From the NCBI RefSeq assembly GCF_022045235.1, contig NW_027266330.1, positions 31,744,001-31,808,000 of the forward strand: 64,000 nucleotides of DNA, read 5' to 3'. Position 1 is the stretch's first letter, and every line of letters begins with the position of its first letter. The position numbers and the translations under genes are program-made. Under the pieces are notes generated by a model. It searched no databases and had not been told where the DNA came from. It was given only the letters and a program-made list of their open reading frames with translations. This document shows, one piece after another, positions 53,503-64,000 of the stretch. Source of the stretch: Haliotis cracherodii (taxonomy: Eukaryota).

Positions 53503-53894
53503 ATTGGCCAAGGATATATCTAATACAACATATTTTTTTGAATTTTCATAACATCAATTAACTGATGGTGATAGGCAACCTAAAGTGAAACATCTATCTT
53601 TTGATAACATATACACATCCTTCATATCAGCTAAGAAGTGAAGTCGTTGCGGATAACGTAACTTATTAATGAAGTATTTTCTCCTGTCAGTGTAATTACT
53701 CGGGACTCATTTGCTCTCAGTTTTTCTAAAGCATATCTCAAAACTGTTTGATATTTCTTCAAAAACATTCGCATGGATCGGACGGGTTGTGTGGGTGGCA
53801 TTTCATGCGTTGCACCGCCTAGAAAACTGACGCCGATACTCTTATTTTGAACCCAAAGTATGTTGTTTGGCTAATGGTTTAATCCAAACGTCAA

Positions 53895-53982
53895 TTTCAT
53901 ACTTCCGGGTTTGCGCACTTGTTCATATGTGACGTCACTTGCTCAAAGTTTTTTAGGTGAGGTATTCTTAGTTTTGGTAAGT
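53895..53982 (+). promoter_or_regulatory. Probable housekeeping promoter and first non-coding exon of CAB39
   Basis: ETS site ACTTCCGG 53901-53908, palindromic CRE GTGACGTCAC 53929-53938, donor GTAAGT 53977-53982. Confidence 0.5.
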
Positions 53983-56072
53983 TTTTGACAATTCATTACT
54001 ATTTAGATGATTAACTTTAACTGAATGATGTGTTTAGACGGACAAGACATTAAGTCTTCGTTTAAAGACGCCTGTAAACTACAATGTTTTTGTTTTGTAT
54101 TCACCTGACCCATCATCACAACTCATGAACGAGGAAGATCGGCTCGAACAGACGGCCATATTTTTCCGATACGAGCGTTTCAGTGTCTCAAAATTTCACA
54201 ATTATAAATTTCTGTTGACTTTGTTTATGAATTAACTTTATTGGCGATATAATCCACCAATACAAACATTGGATATATTCTTATCATGTCAATTTTCTAA
54301 GATTTCTTAATTCTAAATATGACCCTGCTGTCCCCGGTCGATGTCGGACCAGGTGACCCAGCCCATTGATAGATGAAATCATGCTGACACATTTAAATCC
54401 TGTAAAACATGAAATGTTAATCTCAGTTTCCTTTTGACAAGACGTCTGACCTTATTACATATTCAAGTATCACAACTCCTAGATTATTTGAAGATGAATA
54501 TGTTAGACATTTATTTTAGTGACCGACTGTTGGAGTTGCGTCCCTTTGTTACTGAAATCGATGTTGCATGTTTGTTTAGTCACCTGGTTGTGTTTCGGTT
54601 TATAAGGAAATATGTTGTTTGTCACTCTAATTTAAGTAATTTTACTTAAGTAGAAGAAACTGACACTTTATCAAAAGAATTGTGTACAGTTACAATGATA
54701 ACAATAACATTTTTCATCACTGATCACGTTTGTCAATAAATGAAACATCTTCTGTGATATACATGCGCTTGTAACTTGAAGAGGAACTAGTCAAGTAACT
54801 TAAGTTGTGAAAGGATAAAAGAATGTTGTTCCTGAGTCTCTATGTGTTAAACGCTGGGAGTAGGGGGAGGTGGCATTAAACGAGTAGTAATTTATTTTAG
54901 CAAGTGTAACGTCTTTTATTGATAACAAAAAAATATTTATATTGTGTATTGTATCGTTGCATGAAAACCCACGATGCACCTCAACTAGCATGGTCCGTTA
55001 CTCATGATATAGATATTAACATTAACCAATGTTAACAATGCTTCTTTTTTCTATGAGTCTGTGATAGTGTACATGTTTTATCCTTTCTCTTTAACCTTAA
55101 AGCATATCAATACTCTTTTCTAATACTTTTTCATCATGAAATGAATATCTCAAATTCCCTCATACCTGTAAATATGATAAAGTGTGGTAAAATAAAGCCA
55201 AAATTACCAATGTTAATCATCTATAACCATGATAACCGAGAAGGCAGAATATTTTCTTGTAGTAATGACTCACAATATAGATGAAATGTTGCTGATGTAG
55301 GGTAAAATATTTAACTCACTCACTTATCTCATAGTGCTGTTACTGTGCTAGAAACATTCCACTGTTATGCTTGGGATGTTCCTCGGGGTGTGGTAGTTTG
55401 ATTCCACTGGTAGTGTTGCTGATGTTCTACTGGTCCTGCTGGTAGCGCTGATGATGTTCCGCTGACAATGCTTTTAAAGTGGTAATTGGGTTTGTGATGA
55501 TCCTTCCACTGGTACCATATATTTTCACTAGATTGCAAAATGATCTGCTACAGAGTTCCCACTTTATGGTAAAAGTGGTAGTCCACAAGGAAATGTCACT
55601 TGTCCTGAAGGGGTAACCCGATCTAATTGGGGATAAATGTTAGCTGTTCGCCAGTATCTTACTAATCAGCTGTTTGCCATCACTTTGTCTTTTTTCTGTT
55701 ACTTCTTGTGATGGCCACAAAACCACAGTTGACAAGAAAGGCATGATCGGTCACCATTTTTTAACTCAACTGCTCCCAGGGATAGAAAGTTTGCCAAGGA
55801 TGTCTACTAGCCTGAATAGTGATAACACATAGTAATATACCTCAAAATCTTTGAAATTCTACTAGCCATAGGGATACCGTTAACATTATCAAAACTGATC
55901 AGGTTTAGCAGGCTAGTGCTAATTTCTTATCCCAGGCTCTGGTATAGGGAAACCCTATTATATCCCGATAGGTTTACATTGCGACCGTGAAAAAGATTCT
56001 TTGGCTTTCATGCTTCCTGCTTAATGATACTTCACTTGAGTCCCTGAGTGAATATATTCTAATTTGTAAAAC

Positions 56073-56228
56073 CAGCGTTAGAAATTGGCACCAGTCCTGT
56101 AGTCATCACTAAACTGCCCAGTAGTAAAGGTATCCTAAGGACTAGTAGCGATTGGCCCATTTTAAGGGTTTTGCTATATATCATCATTATAAGGACTAGT
56201 GGGCAAAAACTGTTAGTTTCTAACCCTG
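56073..56228. mobile_element. ~155-bp MITE with CAG..TTAGAAA termini and 5-bp TSD; copies 58723-58878, ~59114-59220, ~61925-62084, ~63575-63679
   Basis: TIR CAGCGTTAGAAA/TTTCTAACCCTG; TSD AAAAC here and TTTGT at 58723; internal AGGACTAGT repeats. Confidence 0.85.
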
Positions 56229-59200
56229 AAAACAGTGGAAAACGAGAACTGATTTATATACTTATATTTTTTTTATTTTTGACTGTGCATGTTTTGTGAC
56301 CAAACCTATTATGATCATCATCCAAATCAAATTTCAAAGTTAAACCTGAAATTCAAGGGATCCTTGTCATGTTACAGTTACAGATTTTGCTGACCCCAAG
56401 AATCAAATAATATTGGAGCAAACATCAAGGTTTAACTTTTTAGGTATATCAGTCTGCAACTTTTGCCACTTGTCCAAAGTCCAAGTGTAGTTAAATTCTG
56501 TTCCGTCTTGTAAGCTCAGTAGTCCACACAAACTAAATTCTTCTGTTTGACAGAAAATAAAAAAATGACAAATGAACTGTTTGGTTAATACTTTTCTCTG
56601 TTTGGAGCATGAACAGTTTCACTAATGTGCTGTAAGCATAGTAAGGATATAACTTTGCTTTTATTTGATGAAGGCCCTAATAAAGATGGCAAACATAGCC
56701 TGCTACTGTCACGACCTGTGTCAGCGCGGACTGGTATAGTATGCAGTATTTCATGTACTGTAGAACCCTGCATAATCCCAATTACCATGATTTACTCAAC
56801 TAGAATAGTTTTATAAAAATTCTGTTCATCCTGTCATTTACTGTTTGACTGCTCATTGTCAAACGCAAAAAAATTCATAACCATGCTGAAACTGAAATGG
56901 AAAAAGCAAACATTCAACAAAAATAAAAAATATTTAAAAAAAGAATGATTCATTCTTATGTGACTGTTTTGGAAAATATCAATTTGCATGGGCTGTATAA
57001 CGATATGTGTATTGCTGACGGCCATATTGCAATATACCGGTGTGCCAGTAATGTTGCATACAACTACTAAACAATGCTAAACATGCACAATATCTATTAC
57101 CATATGTCAGTTTTTGTGGGAATAATTAAAGGCAAGTTGTGAAACATTACAAACACACAAGATATGTCACAACAGATTGAAGTAAAGATATGGCGTAGAA
57201 TATGTCTTCAGCAACCCATGCTTACTGTAAATGGCGACTATGCTTGTCATAAGGGGCGACTAACGGGATCGGGTGGTCAAGCTCTCTGACTTGGTTGATC
57301 CATGTCATTGTATCCCAATTGCGTGGATTGATGCTCATGATATCAATCACTGGATTGTCTGGGCCAGACTTGATTTTTTTTTTTCAGACCGCCGTCATAT
57401 AGCTGGAATATTGTTGAATGCAGCGTTAAACAACAAACAATAAAGAGGATAATTTTGTTGAGTTTGCTCGGCACCTGAATCGTGTCAGTCTGCACATTGT
57501 ATCTAGTTTCATTGAGCTGTAGATCATGGAATATGTTACCAGTCTCTCCATCATCTACTGCTGTAAATCTTCTGTTTTCATCAACAAAATCCATTGTGTC
57601 CTTGGCTGACCCATATCTGCTGTGCACAAAACATGACCTACAAATACAACTCATGAGAGCAGCAGAAATGGAGGACAGATGTTGTGCAGAATTACTATGT
57701 CCCTGACCCTATGTTAAACACAATGAATGTCCAGAGTGAAATTGAGGTTGAATGTGAGAGTCTGGCCACTTATTGAGATGCAGAACACCACTGATATATG
57801 ATGTACACATGTGTATTGGACGCAGTTGGTTCCAGTGCAATAACATGTAATCAGTATCCATGGTAGATGGTAATAAGCCTAGTATGCACGATATATGATC
57901 CTGCTACATGATGTTCCTGATAGAAGTGATAAGCAGGAGTGGGTACTTTACCTACATTTGGAATAATGGAAACAGGTTATGTTTCCTGATTGTTTTGAGA
58001 TGCAAATATGAGAATATCTGTGGCATATTATGTGGAGTTTTTTCATATACTGTAAGCCATCTGTCTCTTGATTCAGAAAAACAAGCTGAATCATTATGAT
58101 GGATGCAAAACACTGTGCCCTAGGCATATAACACTATAGGCATTCATTTGGAACTACTCAGAGGCTGATATTCGGCCCTAAGGCTGCGGAAAATAACAGT
58201 AAAAATCCGCGATTTGAATTTTAAAAATTCCCAAATCCTCAGAATTGACAAAAATAAATTAAAAAATATCCAGTTTTGAACAATATCACATCTTTTTCAA
58301 CATGTTCAACTTTGAGTGCATTAAAATATTGGAATTTGGAACACTTGGTTTGAGTATGCATGTTGGAAGGATTGAAGTTAATTAAGCTTAAGCATGTATG
58401 TGAGATTTATCTAATATTTCATATTTGTAGCGGAGTCTGTCAACATATATAATATACATTCAATGCTTGGACAGTCCGTGTCGGGTTTTCTTCACTCAAT
58501 CACGTAGAGTTTGGATTCAAACAAGGAATTCCCATCTAAAAAATGCATACAGCATCACAGGGATGAAAATTAACCAAGAATGTCTAGCCAAAATAGTGCT
58601 ACCATATAGCAATATCCCCAATAATGTTTCAAATACTACTAGCCCAAAGGATACCTTTAACATCAACAAGACTGGTCCAGGCTAGCAGACTAGTGGTTAT
58701 TTCTATCTCCAGCATACTTTGTCAGAGACAGAAACTAACAGTTTTAGCCCACTAGTCCTTATAAAGATAACATATAACAAAACCCTTAAGAAGGGCACAT
58801 TTCTACCTGTCCTTAGGATCCTTTTACTATTGGACAGTTTGGCAAGGACTATAGGACGAGTGCCAATTTCTAACACTGTTTGTAGTGAACCTGCTGTTTG
58901 TGAACTGGTCACCGTGAGACCCCAATTCAGCGGTCCATAGTCCGTGCCAGGCTGCCCAATAGTTACGGTATCGTAAGGACTATTTTTTAAGGGTTTTGGT
59001 ATATGTTATCATTTTAAGGACTAGTGGACTAGAAATTTTATTTCAATACCCAGGACCCCAAGACTCACGATTATTTATATACAAATAGAAACGAACATAA
59101 ATCCTCCTCAGTGCAGCATTAGAAATTGACATGAGTCCTCTAGTCCTTGCAATTTTTAAATGTTTTGCTATGTTACCGTTATAAGGACTAGTGTACTAAA

Positions 59201-59427
59201 AATGTTAGTTTCTACCGCTGTCATATAGTGTCAATGTCTTTTGTTTTTCAAAAGGCAACATTTCTGGTGCCAAGCATTTAGTCTAGCCCTCTTGTTTTCC
59301 CTCCTTGACCATTGTATGATGTTGAGCAATGTTTGATTAACACTGTCTATATTGTGGTTGCAGGTTGTACCATAAAGAGAGGGGACGTAGAGAGCCTGTC
59401 GTCTAGCCCAGGCAGTCTGTAAACAAG

Positions 59428-62400
59428 ATGCCGCTCTTTGGGAAATCACCAAAAAGTCCATTAGACTTGGTGAAAAACTTAAAAGAGGCAATTGCAAACA
59501 TTGATAAACAGCAAAAAAGGGTAAGCTCATATAAATGATGTTATCTTTATTATTACTATTATTAGGATGCATACAAAAAATTAATTGTTTCCTGGGCACA
59601 CTTTGCTCTGAAGATGGGAAGGCAGTAGGACTTTATTTATATTTTGTATTGGAAACAAGTAGTGCAGGAGAAATACTTTGTATTTTTATCCCCACCAAGA
59701 ATACCAACAAACACAGCTGGGTGCATTGGCTCTTTGATAAAGTGACAAGTTCTCAACATAGTCAAGCATTTTATTTTATGGATAATACTACGTTCATGCA
59801 TGTCATATTACATGGGAAATTTGAAAAATATGTTTTTGTGGGCAATAGAAATGAGGTGCCTGAGAACCATTTCCTTTTTGGCATTATGTACATGATATTT
59901 TATGTTTAGAAGAATTTTCTCCTTTTCCAGCTCTACTGTATGCTTATTTGTACACTTAGTCACTTTATCTTATTTCTTGTGAATGGGGCTCGCTGACTTG
60001 GTTGATGCATGTCATCAATCCCAATTGTGTGGATTGATGCTCATGATATTAATCACTGAATTGTCTGGTCCAGACACGATTATTTACAGACCACCGGGTC
60101 GGATGAAAAGAAAAAGTGTTTTTTTTTAATATGGGCGGTCGGGTAGCCTATTGGTTAAATTGTTTGCTCGTCACGCCGAAGCCCCGGGTTCGATTCCCGA
60201 CGTGGGTACAATGTGTGAAGCCCATTTCTGGGGTGCCCCGCCGTGATATTTCTGGAATAATGCTAAAAGCAGCATAAAATCATACTCGATTACTACTGAC
60301 CATCGTCATATAGCTGGAATATTGATGAGTGCAGCGTTAAACAACAAACCCATCCTGTGAATGGGGAAGTATGGGAGTTAGGATAACCCTAGCACTATGA
60401 TAGATTTGTGGAACAGACTCCTGTATTGTACATGTTGTAATCTGGTAATGATCCGTTGTATGGTATTAAATTAATACATGTTTAACATTTTACGTGTTTG
60501 AAGTTTTATTCTGGTATTTTCAATTAGAGTATGCTGTGGATCGCGTCAATGTCTGCCTATTGACACACGACAGTGAAATATCATTTTAAAAAGTTATTGA
60601 CAGCAAGTAATAAAGAAAACAGTGAACTCGCTGCAGTGTTATTCCAAATTTTTGAAACTCGTGAATAGTTCTGCTATCTGACTTGCTTTCATTCATCAGA
60701 TACCATAATTATTCAATCGTTTCAGAAAAATAGTTTTACACAGGAGTTAGTATTCTACATTATAAATAATAACTATAATGTATTCTCCATCCACAGACGA
60801 GTGAGATCATCACGCAGATGAAGCTGATGGTGTATGGAACGGCCGACCAGGAGCCTTTGTCTGAGCAAGTGGCGCAGCTAGCTCAGGAGATGTACCTGAA
60901 TGATATCTTCAAGCTCCTCATTTTCAACCTGAACAAGATAGACTTTGAGGTAGGTCATTCCTCAGTGTTGATGGGACCCATGTTGAGTAGATCCCCATTC
61001 CCCATTGCTAGTTGTACATGTTTATTGCAACCCTTGAAGATCCGGGTTAGAATAGGTCTTCAGCAACACATGCAGTTCTGACAATATAGTGTTTGATCCA
61101 AATCAGATTTCAAAGTTAAACCTGAAAGTCAAGGGATCCTTGTCATAACCCCAAATGTTAACAGTTACAGATTTCCCTGACCCCAAGAATCAAATAATAT
61201 TGGAGCAATCATCAAGGTTTAACTATTAGAGGTATAGCAGTCTGCAACATTAGCCACAAATAGTCTGCCATTAGTAGTCTAGCGAGATGTAAGCAAAGTC
61301 TCTCATTCTCATGACTGTTTTTTTGCTCCGAAAACAGTTTCCACTTGAGATTTCATGCAGACGGAATGTATTTAAAAAATACATCTATGATCTTAGATAC
61401 GACTTTCCTACACTCCCCAACTGGTTGAAAAGAAAATTCCTCCTTCCTTGAGCTCAGTAAATTTCTGGCAAAATCTCTGAATGTAGTCTTGGTTTTAGTT
61501 TACTGTTTTACTCATTCATTGATGAATCTGACCAAGATGATTTGTTTGTGCTCAGGGTCGTAAGGACGTGGTGTTGATCGTGAACAATCTGCTGAGACGG
61601 CAGATCGGGACACGCACGCCCACAGTGGAGCACATCAGTGTCAGGCCGCAGATACTTCTCGAGCTTGTGAAAGGGTGGGTATTAATGTCTAGATAGATGG
61701 ATACCGACCCGTTAAGATCCAGGTTGTAATAGGTCTTCAGCAACCCATGCTTGTTGAAAGAGGCAACTATTTTTGTCTTAAGAGGCGACTAACGGGATTG
61801 GGTGGTTGATTGGTTGATGCATGTCATTGTACCCAATTGTGTGGATCAGTGCTCATGATGTCAATCACTGGTTTGTCTGGTTGATTATTTTAGACCACTG
61901 TCATACAGCTGGAACATTGCTGAGTGCAAAGAGGTAGAAATTGGCACTAGTCCTATAGTCCTTGCCAAATTGACCAATAGTTAAGGTATCATAAGGACTA
62001 GTAGACATTTGCCCTTTTTAAGGTTTTTGCTATATGGTATCATTATAAGGACTAGTGGATGATAACTGTTTGTTTCTAACGCTGGTGCACATTAAACAAG
62101 AAACAAAGGTGGAAACAAGGATTACATAAACTGTTAAGAAGTACCATATTTTCACATACAGAAACCCTTTTTACAAAAATACAGCTTATTAAAGGTTGTG
62201 CACACACTACACGCCTACAATGAGTTTTGATGTTTTTGCTCCATCACAAAGACGTTATCGTTGGCATGAAACCTAAGAAATACCATGTCAACAAAACCAT
62301 ACCGAGTTACGCAAGTTGATCCCTGTTATTACACTATCAGGTCCTAGAAAGTGTTCATGTGAATTCATCTGAAGTACTGCCATTCGCTTTACATATTAGC

Positions 62401-64000
62401 TTCCCTTGCTTGCTTACGTTGCTTGTGTTTGTTGTGACTTTAAGTCAGGGGTACCGTACACATGCTCATGTTCCTGTTGCAGGTACTCGGTCCCAGAAAT
62501 TGCCCTCAATTGTGGCGTTATCCTCCGTGAATGTTGCCGTTACGAATCACTGGCTCGACAACTTCTAGAAATTGAAATCTTCTTTCAGTTCTTTGATTAT
62601 GTCACTTGTTCTACATTTGATATTGCATCCGATGCCTTCTCAACATTCAAGGTAAGAAGATGGCGCATGTAGGAAGGAATTTAGGGCTGGCTAAAGAGGT
62701 CAATAATCAGAATTATAGATGAGAGGAAATATTAACGATTTTCGATACGAAATTGTTGTCATCGACAATAACTTACGTAAACTATTGTGATGGAATAAAG
62801 TTTCAATTGTCGATGATGGAAAGCAACTGTTTTTGGTGTATCTCAAATGTCGACAAAGTAATCCATGCATAAATGTGTCACTGCTCACCTGTGGCATGAA
62901 ATATGTTGATTTCTTTCAGAATTTTCTTGCTTATTTGCTTAAAGTTACTTCTCCAATATTTTTAAATTTGGCACTTTCAAGAAGCAAAAGCAGTGATCAT
63001 GGTGATGTGGATGCTGTTCAATAATATTACTGCTGATTTTTGTGCTACCACTATGGCACTAACTCAGAGCTATAATCACACTCTGATTTTGTTATCTTTG
63101 GCGAAAATGCCTCTCTGAACGTATTGAGATGTTGAGATTACCAATTTCACTTCCATCGATTGCTGGGGCGGTTGGGTAGCCTAGTGGTTAAGGCGTTAGC
63201 TCGTCACGCTGAAGACCAGGGTTCTATTCCCGACATGGGTACAATGTCTGAAGCCCGTTTCTGGTGTCCCCCGCCGTGATATTGCTGGAATATTGCTAAA
63301 AGCGGCGTAAAACCATACTCACTCACTCCATCGATTGCTGGAGCCTCTGTTCATATTAAGTTCATGACAGGATTCTGGGTTAAAATTGGTCCAAGTTGCT
63401 TGTTGTAAGAACAACAAATGAGGGTGGTCAGGCTCTTTTGACTTGGCTAATCGTAACGTGGGGAGTTATGGCCCTTGGGCATGCCAGGATCCTATGATCA
63501 TGGGTTCGAATCCCAAATTCGTCCTGTTCATTATCCTTGGTGTGTCAGCACTATACTTCATTACTTGTCAAGCTGTTAAGGTATCATAAGGACTAGTAGA
63601 AATTTGTCATGTTAAAGGGTTTTGCTATGTGTTTTCATTATAAGGACTAGTGGACTAAAATTGTTAGTTTCTAGCGCTGCTTGGCCTCACAATGTGATGA
63701 CAAACTTTTATATTACTGTAATACTGTATAAAGCTGTGTTAAACAAAATTTGCTCACACTATTAGGACATGGGCACATTCTGTGAAGCCCATTTCCGGTG
63801 TCCCCCGCCGTGATATTGCTGGAATATTGCTAAAAGCGGCGTAAAACCATACTCACTCACTCACTCACACTATTAGGAAAATTTACAGCGTAACAAACTG
63901 ATTTGTAACCTCTTTCTCCTGACTGACTTTTGTCCTTTTTTTTGTGTTTTGCAGGAAGTTCTCACCAAACATAAAATGTTGTCTGCAGATTTCTTAGAAA
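59428..64000 (+). CDS. CAB39: Calcium-binding protein 39 / MO25 family, partial: join(59428..59520,60797..60949,61556..61674,62483..62651,63955..>64000)
   Basis: [87 protein letters not shown] introns in phase; acceptor of the ATG exon at 59363/59364. Confidence 0.93.
63165..63326 (+). mobile_element. SINE family A (short tRNA-head SINE, ACTC tail); other copies ~29587-29748(-), 37878-38046(-), 42171-42344(-), 46418-46582(+), 60132-60290(+), 63768-63865(+, truncated)
   Basis: Box A TAGCCTAGTGG, box B GGTTCGATTCC-like, shared body, GGCGTAAAACCATACTCACT tail. TSD TCCATCGATTGCTGG here, and TCTAATCCGCGA around the 46418 copy. Confidence 0.9.

Overview
Eukaryotic, intron-rich genomic DNA. The SINE/MITE repertoire looks like a marine invertebrate, probably a mollusc (inference). 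The window has three zones. (1) 1-~22.7 kb is the right-hand end of a head-to-tail ~2.56-kb macrosatellite. Eight near-identical copies each carry a two-exon gene that the ORF track splits in two; spliced, it encodes a 158-aa protein with a helical N-terminal part and an acidic Ser/Asp/Glu tail. Two independent, 5'-truncated copies of an RNase H-bearing I/Nimb-like non-LTR retrotransposon with an (AAGT)n tail sit at the same 16-bp palindrome (AAGGACT-GG-AGTCCTT) ~125-140 bp upstream of the ATG in two adjacent units. One of them carries 3' tails at both ends inside a 22-bp TSD. This macrosatellite gene plus apparently site-specific retroelement is the most interesting system here. (2) 28981-52687 (-) is a complete 10-exon flavin-containing monooxygenase gene (531 aa). 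Its introns hold a 2.7-kb CACT minisatellite, a duplicated exon start, Penelope remnants, SINEs and MITEs. (3) From ~53.9 kb (+) lies the 5' part of a CAB39/MO25 gene, head-to-head with the FMO gene. There are two small assembly gaps (48937-49084, 53347-53502). All coordinates were read by eye; no database searches were run.
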